Source: Bdellovibrionales bacterium (GTDB taxonomy: Bacteria > Bdellovibrionota > Bdellovibrionia > Bdellovibrionales > UBA1609). Taken from it: a DNA stretch of 41,856 nucleotides. Numbering within the stretch: the first letter of the stretch is position 1; each line of letters begins with the position of its first letter. Shown one piece after another: positions 30,445-41,414 of this stretch. Location of the stretch: the NCBI GenBank assembly GCA_027317865.1, contig DAHVQG010000018.1:1-41856 (forward strand), written 5' to 3'. A program made the position numbers and the translations under genes. The notes below the pieces were generated by a model. It was not told where the DNA came from and did not search any database. It saw nothing but the letters and a program-made list of their open reading frames with translations.

Positions 30445-30819
30445 ATGAACGAACCCAGCGTCACCGCTCCATCACGCCGCATACCTCTACAGATGGACGT
30501 GGAATATAGGCGTTCGTACGCTCGCCGTGGAGAAAAAGGGTGTCTCAAGAATATTAGTTTGACTGGCGCTTTTCTTGAAACGCCAATTAAACACCTTCTG
30601 GCCCCTAACGACAAATTGACTATTACAATACTTGTCAGTGGTCGAAGTCGCCAAATCGCGGCGCATGTCGTTTGGAACAGCGACCGGGGTTGCGGTCTTA
30701 AGTTTTTGCCTATCAATGGTCGCGACGTTCAAATCGTCGACGACCTCATGTACTTTGTAGAAACATCGCGAGAGAGTCAACGAAACGTTCTTGACGATAT
30801 TTTCAGAAAAGTTACTTAA
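30445..30819 (+). CDS. Stand-alone PilZ domain protein
   Basis: R.P, NISLTGAFL, VVW and GCGLKF motifs; AGGGGG RBS. Confidence 0.85.
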   Translation: MNEPSVTAPSRRIPLQMDVEYRRSYARRGEKGCLKNISLTGAFLETPIKHLLAPNDKLTITILVSGRSRQIAAHVVWNSDRGCGLKFLPINGRDVQIVDDLMYFVETSRESQRNVLDDIFRKVT

Positions 30820-30833
30820 GAAACCCCTCGCCT

Positions 30834-32681
30834 TTATTCTATTTGTGTGTGCGTTGCGGTTTGAAAATCAATATTGCGTTTCGAACGACGCTTTCTAATT
30901 ATGATGAACATTGCAATGGCCGCAAGGAGCAAAATAGCGCCCACTCCTAATATCATCGTTTGATCTGGGTCATTCAATAATCCGCTAGAATCCTTCATTA
31001 AGTTAGCTGAATTATGTGCGATGACCGGCGCCGGTGGTGGCGGTGGTGCCGCCGGCGGCGGCGGTGGCGGCGTAGCCGAAGCTTGAGTGGGCGGAGTGGT
31101 CGGTGGGGTTGGCGTTGTTGTTGTACCCATCGCCGCAGCTGAACCCGTTGTTGCCGACGTCTGTTGTTGATTATTCGCTTGATCTGGCGTGTTTGCAGAA
31201 GGCGGTGTAGCTGAGTTATCCGTGGTTGTGGTTGAGCCTGCCGCCGCATTTTGTGAATTATCGCCAGTACTTGCGGTTTGGTCGGATAATGATGTCGAGC
31301 TAACTGTGCTCGACGAGCCCGTTGTGTTATCCGCTAGCGTTGATGTCACACTCGAGGCTTCATTGGGCGGCCAATATTGTAGTTGTGTGCCAGCCGGCAA
31401 AGCCCCTTTTGATTGAACGCTGGGGTTGGTTGCCCAAATTTCCTTCCAACTGTTTTTGTTGCCCAAAAGTTTTTTTGAAACCGTGCGAATATTGTCGCCT
31501 GGCTGCGATGTATAAGTTTGCGGCGCTTCGCCGATATCCGCATAATAGGTTAGCAATTGCGTGTTGTCGGTTGGCCGGTTGGGCGAATTGTAATAAATTT
31601 TGTCCCCTACATGAAGCGCATGATCTTGGTAAAAGGGGTTGGCTCGTTTAAGTTTTGATACTTCGTTTTTCCCGTAGATCATTTTCGAAATCGATTTGAA
31701 CGTATCGCCCGGTCGAACGATATAAACTGTATTTAATAACATCCCGCCGCGATGAAAGGGCGCCGAGGCTATTTTTTTAACAGGTACCCAATGGGGCGCC
31801 GATGGAGCAGATGATTGCAAACCTTCCATATCATCTGACGAGCCGCTGCTACTTGCGCCCTGAGAACCCGAACCGCCGCTATCAGCGCTCATTCCACTGC
31901 CCGAAGACCCTCCTCCATTCAGAGCTGAAGAATTATCGCCACTACCGGAACCACTTGACGAACTCGAGTTATCCGCAAGTGCTGAATTGTCGGACGAAGA
32001 AGATGATCCCGAAGAAGAGGCACCCAGTTGGCCGCTAGAAGATTGGTCGTTAGCGTTTAGTTGCTGAAGATCAGAACTGCCTTGATCAGAATTGCCGCTA
32101 TCGGCACTCAAGCCGCTGCCTGATGAACTTGAATTATCAGCCAAGCTGCCACTTCCCGATAACGCCGAAGAGCTGCCTGACCCTGATCCTGACGCTGAAT
32201 TGGAGCTTAAGCTGGAATTCGAACCCGAGCCCGAGCCCGAACCCGAACCTGATCCTGAACCAGAGCCACTAAAATCATTCGCTAAACTATTTGAATTTGA
32301 ACTTGCGCTTCCGCTTGAGTTATCGCCTGAACTTGTGCTGGCACTTGCGCTGCCGCTGCCGCTGCCCGAACTTAAGTCGTCTAATTCGGCAAGCTCACTT
32401 GATGTGCCTTGACCTGATCCCGCCGATTGAGCCGATTGACTATTATCGGAGGCACTGTTTGCACTTTGACTGCTGCCGCTACTGCCGGAGCCAAAATCGT
32501 CTAGCGAGGACTGGTCGCTGCCGTTTGCTGATTGGCCATTACTGCCAAGCATTGAGTCTGTACTTGCGCCGGTGAGCTCGGCCGCATCGATTTTATCTTG
32601 GTTAACCGATTTTTTTGAAGTGCAGCCGCCTGCCGCTAAGAAAAGACTGAAACAGAATAGAAGCGCTATATTTTTTTTCAT
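30834..32681 (-). CDS. LysM-domain lipoprotein with Ser/Gly linker and C-terminal TM helix
   Basis: Lipobox AGGC; two LysM-like units (YIVRPGDTFKSISKMIYG; YTSQPGDNIRTVSKKLLG..W.EIWATNP); Thr/Pro stalk; TM followed by RKRRSKR. Confidence 0.85.
   Translation of the reverse strand: MKKNIALLFCFSLFLAAGGCTSKKSVNQDKIDAAELTGASTDSMLGSNGQSANGSDQSSLDDFGSGSSGSSQSANSASDNSQSAQSAGSGQGTSSELAELDDLSSGSGSGSASASTSSGDNSSGSASSNSNSLANDFSGSGSGSGSGSGSGSGSNSSLSSNSASGSGSGSSSALSGSGSLADNSSSSGSGLSADSGNSDQGSSDLQQLNANDQSSSGQLGASSSGSSSSSDNSALADNSSSSSGSGSGDNSSALNGGGSSGSGMSADSGGSGSQGASSSGSSDDMEGLQSSAPSAPHWVPVKKIASAPFHRGGMLLNTVYIVRPGDTFKSISKMIYGKNEVSKLKRANPFYQDHALHVGDKIYYNSPNRPTDNTQLLTYYADIGEAPQTYTSQPGDNIRTVSKKLLGNKNSWKEIWATNPSVQSKGALPAGTQLQYWPPNEASSVTSTLADNTTGSSSTVSSTSLSDQTASTGDNSQNAAAGSTTTTDNSATPPSANTPDQANNQQQTSATTGSAAAMGTTTTPTPPTTPPTQASATPPPPPPAAPPPPPAPVIAHNSANLMKDSSGLLNDPDQTMILGVGAILLLAAIAMFIIIRKRRSKRNIDFQTATHTQIE
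32221..32268. repeat. Degenerate 6-bp tandem repeat encoding (Ser-Gly)n
   Basis: gaaccc gagccc gagccc gaaccc gaacct gatcct gaacca gagcca. Confidence 0.8.
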
Positions 32682-32810
32682 ATTGCATGCCCTTGCGTTG
32701 AGTGAAGAGAATCCGTTCTCTAGACGATTAGATCACAGGTTGAAAATTCGCGATAATAATTCCGTATGGCTTCTGCACTAAGGTCGTAATTCGGATAACA
32801 AAAAACTCGA

Positions 32811-33335
32811 CTAACGGCGAGTCGGTCGCCGCATTACGGGTCGCGTCCGCATCTTGCTTTTATGCAATTCAAATATTGCGCCAACGGCGACATGGTGACG
32901 GGTAAACCAGCCCTTGTTCACTTCTAAAGCATACATTGCGGGATATCGACTCCCATATATCGGAATGTTCTTTTGATTTTTATTTTTCAGCACTGTCATC
33001 TCTTGTACATCGACCAGTTTTCTATTCTTGTTAAAAAAGCCGATTGCCAGTGGAATCAAGGTGTTTTTCATCCAAAAATAGAGCTCTTTTTGGTGCGAAA
33101 AAACAAATAGCATCCCTTCGTTGTCTTTTAGATGACGGCAATACATTAATCCACGCTCTTGCTCTTGAGGTGTCATTGCCATTTTAACGATGAGTTTTTG
33201 CTTTCCTATTATCATAACTCTTTTGGCAAGCTCACTCGCTTTTGCTTTTTGAACAAGCGCGCTGCACGTGACGCTTGGGTAAATTATCGAAGCGGCCAGT
33301 AGCAAACAAAGATATCCTCTTTTAATTTTCTTCAT
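32811..33335 (-). CDS. DUF192 family protein
   Basis: ERGLM, GMLFVF, FWMKNTLIPLAIGF and YALEVNKGWF motifs; N-terminal signal. Confidence 0.92.
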   Translation of the reverse strand: MKKIKRGYLCLLLAASIIYPSVTCSALVQKAKASELAKRVMIIGKQKLIVKMAMTPQEQERGLMYCRHLKDNEGMLFVFSHQKELYFWMKNTLIPLAIGFFNKNRKLVDVQEMTVLKNKNQKNIPIYGSRYPAMYALEVNKGWFTRHHVAVGAIFELHKSKMRTRPVMRRPTRR

Positions 33336-34249
33336 TTCAGTCCTCCGATTGCTGCCTGAAGCGCAATGCCGTACCGAACTCCGCGCACTGAAACCGTCAT
33401 GGCATCGACGCGCAGAGCGCGAAGCGCCGCTAACAATACGGCCGTCCCAGCGACAATTACGTCAGCACGTTTTTTATCCATACCGGTTACATTCATGCGT
33501 GTCTTAAGATCCATTTTTGCAAACCGGTAAACCCAATCCTCAAGCGTCGCGCAGGTAATCTTAAACCCATGTACCGCATCTTCGCTATATTTTTTGTGCT
33601 GTAAAACTGCGGCAAGTGTCGTGGGGGTTCCGGCAACGGCGATCACTTCGCGAATTGGTCCTTTCGGGAGATCATCTGAGGCGGCATCAAATTTTTGAGT
33701 TGCGTATTCAAAAAGCCTTTGAACTTCGTCTTGCGGAGTCGGATAGCGAGTGACAAACATCTCAGTCAATCGCACGCTCCCGACGTTCACGCTCTTACCA
33801 GCGAGCCGGCCGGAGTGGCTTCCGATAATTTCAGTCGAGCCGCCGCCCACATCGATTACACAAAGCCCATCCTTGTCGACGCGATCAAATGTCGCCCCGT
33901 CAAAGGTCATCCGCGCTTCGATTTCGCCTTCGATCACGTGAATCGGAATCCCATACTCTTCGCCAATTGCAAATAGCTCGGATGCGTTTGAGACATCTCG
34001 CGCGGCGCTTGTCGCCACGCAAAGTATGCGCTCTGGCTTTTCGCACGAGATGATCTCAGAATAGCGCTTTAAACACTCATCCATCCGCGCCAAGGCCTCG
34101 GGATGAAGCCTTCTTGTTTTAGAAACGTCTTGCCCCATCCTTGTCGTTACAATTTCATCGCGAAAGACTTTCTCTATCCGGCCATTTTCAATTTCTGCAA
34201 TTAGCAGTAGCGTCGTATTCGTGCCGCAATCAATGGCCGCGACTTTCAC
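33332..34249 (-). CDS. ppx: Ppx/GppA family phosphatase (single-module)
   Basis: AAIDCGTNT, ATSAARD, DVGGGSTE, GSVRLTE, RADVIVAG and GVRYG motifs; GTG start. Confidence 0.92.
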   Translation of the reverse strand: MKVAAIDCGTNTTLLLIAEIENGRIEKVFRDEIVTTRMGQDVSKTRRLHPEALARMDECLKRYSEIISCEKPERILCVATSAARDVSNASELFAIGEEYGIPIHVIEGEIEARMTFDGATFDRVDKDGLCVIDVGGGSTEIIGSHSGRLAGKSVNVGSVRLTEMFVTRYPTPQDEVQRLFEYATQKFDAASDDLPKGPIREVIAVAGTPTTLAAVLQHKKYSEDAVHGFKITCATLEDWVYRFAKMDLKTRMNVTGMDKKRADVIVAGTAVLLAALRALRVDAMTVSVRGVRYGIALQAAIGGLK

Positions 34250-34252
34250 AAC

Positions 34253-35743
34253 TTAGCCCTTCAATTTTTCTCTTAATATTTGATTGACGAGGTCTGGGTT
34301 GGCTTGACCCTTTGAAACCTTCATGATTTGGCCAACAAAAAATCCAAACAATTTCGTTTTACCGGCTTGATATTCTTTTACCTGATTGGGGTTATTGCTA
34401 ATGACGTCGAGAACCCATTTTTCAATGGCGCTTGAGTCCGTTACCTGAATAAGCCCTTTTTGTTTTACAATTTCTGAAGGAGCTTGCCGCGCGCCCTTTG
34501 CGCTTAGCCCCTGTGACCACATTTCAGAAAAAACCGTTTTTGCAATTTTACCCGATATTGTTCCTTTATCGATTAGAGAAATCAGTTCCGCCAAATTTTC
34601 AGCCGATATCGGTTCATTCTCGATTGCTTTATCCGATTCTTTTAGCTCACGCATCAGCTCAACCATAATCCAGTTAGAAGACGCTTTGGCGTTTCCACTC
34701 AATTTAGCGACTTTTTCAAAATATTCGGCAAGCCCGCGTTCTTGCGTTAGAACGAGCGCATCGTACTCAGGCAATCCGTATTCTTTTTGAAAGCGCCGTG
34801 CCTTTTCAAGCGGTAACTCTGGTAAAGTTGCGCGAATTTCGTCTACCCATTTTTTTTCAAACACAAGCGGTAAAAGATCCGGATCGGGAAAATATCTGTA
34901 ATCGTGCGCCTCTTCTTTACTTCTCATCGCGTATGTGCGGTTTTTTGTAGAGTCATAAAGACGAGTTTCTTGAAGAATTCGTTCGCCGGATTCAAGCCCC
35001 GCAATTTGCCGATTAATTTCATAATCAATGGCTTTTTCAACAAATCGAAACGAGTTTACGTTTTTTATTTCGACCTTAGTTCCAAACTTCTGTTCTCCCG
35101 TTCGCCGAACCGAGACATTACAATCGCAACGCATCGAGCCCTCTTCAAGATTCCCATCACACACCTCTAAATAACGTAAAATATTGCGTACCGTGCGCGC
35201 ATATTCAGCAGCCTCTTGTGGAGACCGGATGTCCGGCTCCGACACAATTTCAAGGAGGGGGACGCCGGCACGATTCAAATTAATTAACGAATAATCACCG
35301 TGGTGCGTGGACTTGCCCGCGTCCTCTTCAAGATGGGCGCGGGTAACGCCGATGCGTTTGGGTTTGCCATCAATATAAATATCGACAAAACCCGTTTCGC
35401 AAATGGGCTCGTCAAATTGTGAAATTTGATACCCCTTTGGCAAATCGGGATAGAAATAGTTTTTTCGCGCAAATACTGATCGTGTTCGAATATTACAGTT
35501 AAGCGCAAGCCCCATGCGAATTGCAAACTCAACGCCGCGACGATTTATGGTTGGAAGTGCGCCGGGCATTCCGAGGCTAACTGGACTTGTATATTCGTTA
35601 TCGGCCCCGCCAAATGCGGCGGAGTCGGCGCTAAACATTTTACTTTCAGTCAAAAGCTGCGCATGAATCTCCAGGCCGATAACGGCCTCCCATGCTTTAT
35701 TGCGCGTGAAATCATTTGCGTTTATGTCGCTATTGGAGGCCAC
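34253..35743 (-). CDS. gatB: Asp/Glu-tRNA amidotransferase subunit B
   Basis: VIGLEIHAQL, RKNYFYPDLPKGYQISQ, HLEEDAGKS and DYRYFPDPDL motifs. Confidence 0.98.
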   Translation of the reverse strand: MASNSDINANDFTRNKAWEAVIGLEIHAQLLTESKMFSADSAAFGGADNEYTSPVSLGMPGALPTINRRGVEFAIRMGLALNCNIRTRSVFARKNYFYPDLPKGYQISQFDEPICETGFVDIYIDGKPKRIGVTRAHLEEDAGKSTHHGDYSLINLNRAGVPLLEIVSEPDIRSPQEAAEYARTVRNILRYLEVCDGNLEEGSMRCDCNVSVRRTGEQKFGTKVEIKNVNSFRFVEKAIDYEINRQIAGLESGERILQETRLYDSTKNRTYAMRSKEEAHDYRYFPDPDLLPLVFEKKWVDEIRATLPELPLEKARRFQKEYGLPEYDALVLTQERGLAEYFEKVAKLSGNAKASSNWIMVELMRELKESDKAIENEPISAENLAELISLIDKGTISGKIAKTVFSEMWSQGLSAKGARQAPSEIVKQKGLIQVTDSSAIEKWVLDVISNNPNQVKEYQAGKTKLFGFFVGQIMKVSKGQANPDLVNQILREKLKG

Positions 35744-37211
35744 GGGGCACCTCCTTTGTCAAATTTAAGTTCTCCTCGATTGCAAGTGCGACATTAAACA
35801 TTTTTTGTTCCTCAAATTGAGCCGCCAAAAGTTGAACGCCGATTGGAAGGTTATCTTTGCTAAATCCGCCCGGCACACTCATGCCGGGAAGGCCCGCCAG
35901 GTTGGCCGAGGTCGTATAAATATCGTTGAGATACATGGCCAGTGGATTATCAATACGCTCGCCGATTTTAAATGCCGGTGTTGGGCTTGCCGGGCTTAAA
36001 ATCACATCGCATTTTTTGAAGGCATCAGTGAAATCCTGCCTTAAAAGTCGTCTGACCTGACACGCTTTCTTATAGTAGGCATCGTAATATCCGCTAGATA
36101 GCGCATACGCTCCAAGCACAATCCGCCGCTTCACCTCACGACCAAAACCTTCGCCGCGGTTTCGACAATAAAATTCGTCTAAATCCGCAGCCGCTTGTTT
36201 TGAAAAATCAGCGCGGTAACCGTAGCGAACACCATCATAGCGAGAAAGATTGCTGGACGCCTCGCACGCAGAAACAAGGTAATAAATCGGCACGGCGAAT
36301 TTCGTAAGCGGTAACGAAATTTCAATTAACTCGGCGCCTTTTTCGCGAAGAAGATCGGCAGCACGCTTAACCGTTTTACTCACATTTTCGTCTAGACCGT
36401 TTTGAAAATATTCTTTCGGCATCCCAATTTTCATGCCTCGAACATCTGATGATAGGCGTTCACTCCATTTGGGCACATCATTTGGCGCCGACGTTGAATC
36501 GAGTTCGTCCCGCCCACTGATCACTTCAAGAATAATTGCGGCATCGCGAACCGTGCGCGTCATGGGGCCCGCCTGATCAAGGCTCGAAGCAAATGACACA
36601 ATCCCATAGCGACTCACGCGCCCGTAGGTGGGCTTGACTCCAACTAAAGAACAAAAATTTGCCGGTTGTCTGATCGAACCACCCGTATCAGTCCCTATTG
36701 CTCCGGCGGCCATTCGTGCCGAAACTGCCGCGGCCGAACCCCCGCTTGATCCACCTGGAACATATTCAAAATTCCATGGGTTTTTGCAGTTACCAAAATA
36801 AGACGTTTCATTGCTTGAGCCCATGGCAAACTCATCTTGGTTGGTCTTGCCCATGACGATTGCGCCTTGCTCTTCGAGGCGCTTCACCACCGTTGCGGAA
36901 TACGTGGGGACAAAATTGTGCAACATTTTTGAGGCCGCTGTCGTACGAAGCCCTTTTGTGCAAAACATGTCTTTGATCGCAATTGGCACGCCAGCAAGAC
37001 ACCCAACGTTTTCGCCTTTTTTTAACCGCACATCAATTTCGCGCGCTTGCTCAACACAATGATCGTTTACGGTAATATAGGCATTAATTTGGGGGTTAAG
37101 CGTTTCAATTCGCTTTTTAAATTCCGACACTGCGGCTTCGGCCGAAATTTCACGCCCGGCGATTGCGCCGGCGATTGCGGTAAGATCGCGTTCAACAATA
37201 TTTTCAGCCAT
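35730..37211 (-). CDS. gatA: Asp/Glu-tRNA amidotransferase subunit A
   Basis: GKTNQDEFAMGSS, PGGSSGGSAAAV, GTDTGGSIRQPA and SSNLSRYDG amidase signature. Confidence 0.98.
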   Translation of the reverse strand: MAENIVERDLTAIAGAIAGREISAEAAVSEFKKRIETLNPQINAYITVNDHCVEQAREIDVRLKKGENVGCLAGVPIAIKDMFCTKGLRTTAASKMLHNFVPTYSATVVKRLEEQGAIVMGKTNQDEFAMGSSNETSYFGNCKNPWNFEYVPGGSSGGSAAAVSARMAAGAIGTDTGGSIRQPANFCSLVGVKPTYGRVSRYGIVSFASSLDQAGPMTRTVRDAAIILEVISGRDELDSTSAPNDVPKWSERLSSDVRGMKIGMPKEYFQNGLDENVSKTVKRAADLLREKGAELIEISLPLTKFAVPIYYLVSACEASSNLSRYDGVRYGYRADFSKQAAADLDEFYCRNRGEGFGREVKRRIVLGAYALSSGYYDAYYKKACQVRRLLRQDFTDAFKKCDVILSPASPTPAFKIGERIDNPLAMYLNDIYTTSANLAGLPGMSVPGGFSKDNLPIGVQLLAAQFEEQKMFNVALAIEENLNLTKEVPRGLQ

Positions 37212-37212
37212 T

Positions 37213-37485
37213 TTATACCACCGGTGGAACTTTAAAGAGATTACCTAATCTTTCAGGAGCGTTTTTCATCGCTTCTTCTGCCGTTTGCACGACTTGCACT
37301 TTATCTTCGCGAAAATGAAAGGCCATATCGGTTGGGGTGATCAACGGCTCGACCTCTTTTGTGTCGATGACCTCAATTTCAGAAAAATACTTCACAATAG
37401 AACTGAGCTGCGTCTCAAACGCCTTTTCTTCATCCTCGGTCAATAAAAGCCGCGACAGTTTCGCAACGGATTGAACATCAATCAC
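37213..37485 (-). CDS. gatC: Asp/Glu-tRNA amidotransferase subunit C
   Basis: VAKLSRL, FRED, NAPE and FKVPPV motifs; AGGAG RBS; first gene of gatCAB. Confidence 0.95.
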   Translation of the reverse strand: MIDVQSVAKLSRLLLTEDEEKAFETQLSSIVKYFSEIEVIDTKEVEPLITPTDMAFHFREDKVQVVQTAEEAMKNAPERLGNLFKVPPVV

Positions 37486-37581
37486 GATTTTTTCTCCTAC
37501 TTTTGTCGGTCGTTTTATATCACCTTGTAGCGCGGCGCAAGGAGTGTCGCTTGACCCGCTCGGGTATACTATCTTTTTTAA

Positions 37582-39594
<2,013 letters not shown>

Positions 39595-39603
39595 TCGCGA
39601 AAA

Positions 39604-39798
39604 CTAGATGTGATCTGTCGTAATATCGCGAGCCATAACGGTTTTACGGCCATCCGCTTTGGCGTTTTCAATTCCTTTACGGCACAACTTTTCAACAGCT
39701 TCGCTTAAAACAGCAATCGTTTCTGCTGAAGTGTTGCAGCCGCCGCTTTCTTTTATAAACTTTTTCACTTTGCTAGTTACAACGAGTACCTCTGCCAT
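39604..39798 (-). CDS. Bacterial histone-fold protein (Bd0055/HBb-like)
   Basis: 64 aa MAEVLVVTSKVKKFIKESGGCNTSAETIAVLSEAVEKLCRKGIENAKADGRKTVMARDITTDHI; AAGGGG RBS; histone L2 signature A...GRKTV...D. Confidence 0.92.
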   Translation of the reverse strand: MAEVLVVTSKVKKFIKESGGCNTSAETIAVLSEAVEKLCRKGIENAKADGRKTVMARDITTDHI

Positions 39799-39912
39799 TT
39801 TGTTCCCCTTCTTCACATGTGTTGTTGCTACTCGGTTGTGTAAATCGTGTTGTACATAAACAACATTTATCGGTGATGGACTTAAATAAGCAATCCAAAA
39901 CCGCTGTCGCCG

Positions 39913-41409
39913 CTAAGCGTCGTTGTCGCCAATTGCCGCATCTAGCTGTTCTCGATCCGCCTTCCCGCCGGATGTCTCGCCGAAAACATCAGTAACAACT
40001 CCATTTTCAATTTGGCAAACCTTCGCGTCGCGCGCGCCACTCGCGCCGGGTTGAATCCATACGAAAGTCTTTTGCCCAATTGGCTTTTTACATTCAACGT
40101 CCGAAAACGCCGGCGACCAGGTCCCGCTGTTGAGGTGCTCAATGGGTCCGATCATTTCATGCCGAACGACGTGCGTGTGGCCGTAGACTACGCGCGAAAC
40201 ATCGGCAATAAGCCCCGTTAAAGTCAGTGTCCGCTCACGCGGCTCCTTAAATTCTTGAACTTCTGATTTTACTGACCGCGCATAAAAAAGAAAAAATGGA
40301 ATAAACAGACAAAAGGGGACAAATAACCAAAAAATAGATAATCGAAACAGATTATCCACTTGCAGAAAAACGAAATAAAGAACGAGAAGGGTGACTAATA
40401 TTAAAAACGCCCGATCTAACCATAGCTCGCGCAAAATCAGCGTCGGTCGGCTTGCCGCCGGAGCAACAAATAGCTCCCTCATCTGCCGCACAATTTTCGG
40501 TGTTGCATTGGATTTTTCAGCTATCTCTCCAATGTGATCTTCGATTCCGAGCGGATTGGCAATACTTGGACTCAGCCGATTAGCAAATGACTGAACAAGC
40601 ACGACGAGCGACCCCCAAAACCAAGTTACGATCAAGAGCGGCTCCGATCGCGCCATATATTTTAGAAAAAATTGAATGTATTGTTTCGGCGTCATAATAA
40701 AATTTGAATCAAGATGAGGGTTAAAAAACCCCATGCCGTTAATTAAATATCGCGTCGTCAATTGTCCAAATGGCAGAAGCACTTCGACGCGGTTAAATCG
40801 CACTATAAATGGCCGGATGGGATCTTGGGTAACGCAGTACGGATCGTATTGGTTGCCGTGCTCAATTAAAGTATCTTTGTTTGAAATGTAAAACCATTCG
40901 CAAAATCTTACATTCGGCCTCAGGCCCTCCGGCAAATTTAAACTTTCAAGAATTGCCGCTTGCACGGCGGGAAAGTGAAGCTCCAAATCGTGGTTACCGA
41001 TGGTGAATACCGCGCGATGGCCGTTGAGCAAAAACGCGCGAAGCCCGTTGACCCATTCCTGATGAATTTTCAAAATGGTACGGATTTTAAATTCGCTTTT
41101 TTCTTCTTGCGGATGAAGTCCGCGCCGTCGCTCAAGCCAACTGATATAGTAAGGCGGCTCATCGGGGAGCATAACGACGCTATCGAAATCGAAAATGTCT
41201 CCATTTAAGACAAGCTCGACTTTTTCTTTGCCCGCCATCTCCTGAATTTTTTCAAGAAAGCGACAAAACTCGGCGTCAAAGAAAAATCGTCTCGTTTTGT
41301 ACTTTTTCCTCAACGGGTATTTCTTGTTTTCGATCTGTTCGTCGGTCAAATGCAGATCGCTTATAATCGCGGTAAACCTAGCTTGTTCAAAATTGGGGAG
41401 CGCGTCCAT
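39913..41409 (-). CDS. Calcineurin-like metallophosphoesterase with inserted TM hairpin
   Basis: ISDLH, NGDIFD, GNHD, EHG, YGHTH and NSGTW motifs. Start taken at ATG 41409 (MDALP) because the longer ORF runs into the IS. Confidence 0.85.
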   Translation of the reverse strand: MDALPNFEQARFTAIISDLHLTDEQIENKKYPLRKKYKTRRFFFDAEFCRFLEKIQEMAGKEKVELVLNGDIFDFDSVVMLPDEPPYYISWLERRRGLHPQEEKSEFKIRTILKIHQEWVNGLRAFLLNGHRAVFTIGNHDLELHFPAVQAAILESLNLPEGLRPNVRFCEWFYISNKDTLIEHGNQYDPYCVTQDPIRPFIVRFNRVEVLLPFGQLTTRYLINGMGFFNPHLDSNFIMTPKQYIQFFLKYMARSEPLLIVTWFWGSLVVLVQSFANRLSPSIANPLGIEDHIGEIAEKSNATPKIVRQMRELFVAPAASRPTLILRELWLDRAFLILVTLLVLYFVFLQVDNLFRLSIFWLFVPFCLFIPFFLFYARSVKSEVQEFKEPRERTLTLTGLIADVSRVVYGHTHVVRHEMIGPIEHLNSGTWSPAFSDVECKKPIGQKTFVWIQPGASGARDAKVCQIENGVVTDVFGETSGGKADREQLDAAIGDNDA

Positions 41410-41414
41410 CGTCG

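Noticed and set aside
31800-32540. Repetitive DNA that could suggest a CRISPR array, and the antisense (EP)n ORF 32092..32412
   Set aside because: No constant repeat-spacer structure; explained by Ser/Gly codons of the LysM protein
37551-37570. TTGACC...TATACT upstream of ligA as a sigma70 promoter
   Set aside because: The hexamers are only 8 bp apart and cannot form one canonical promoter
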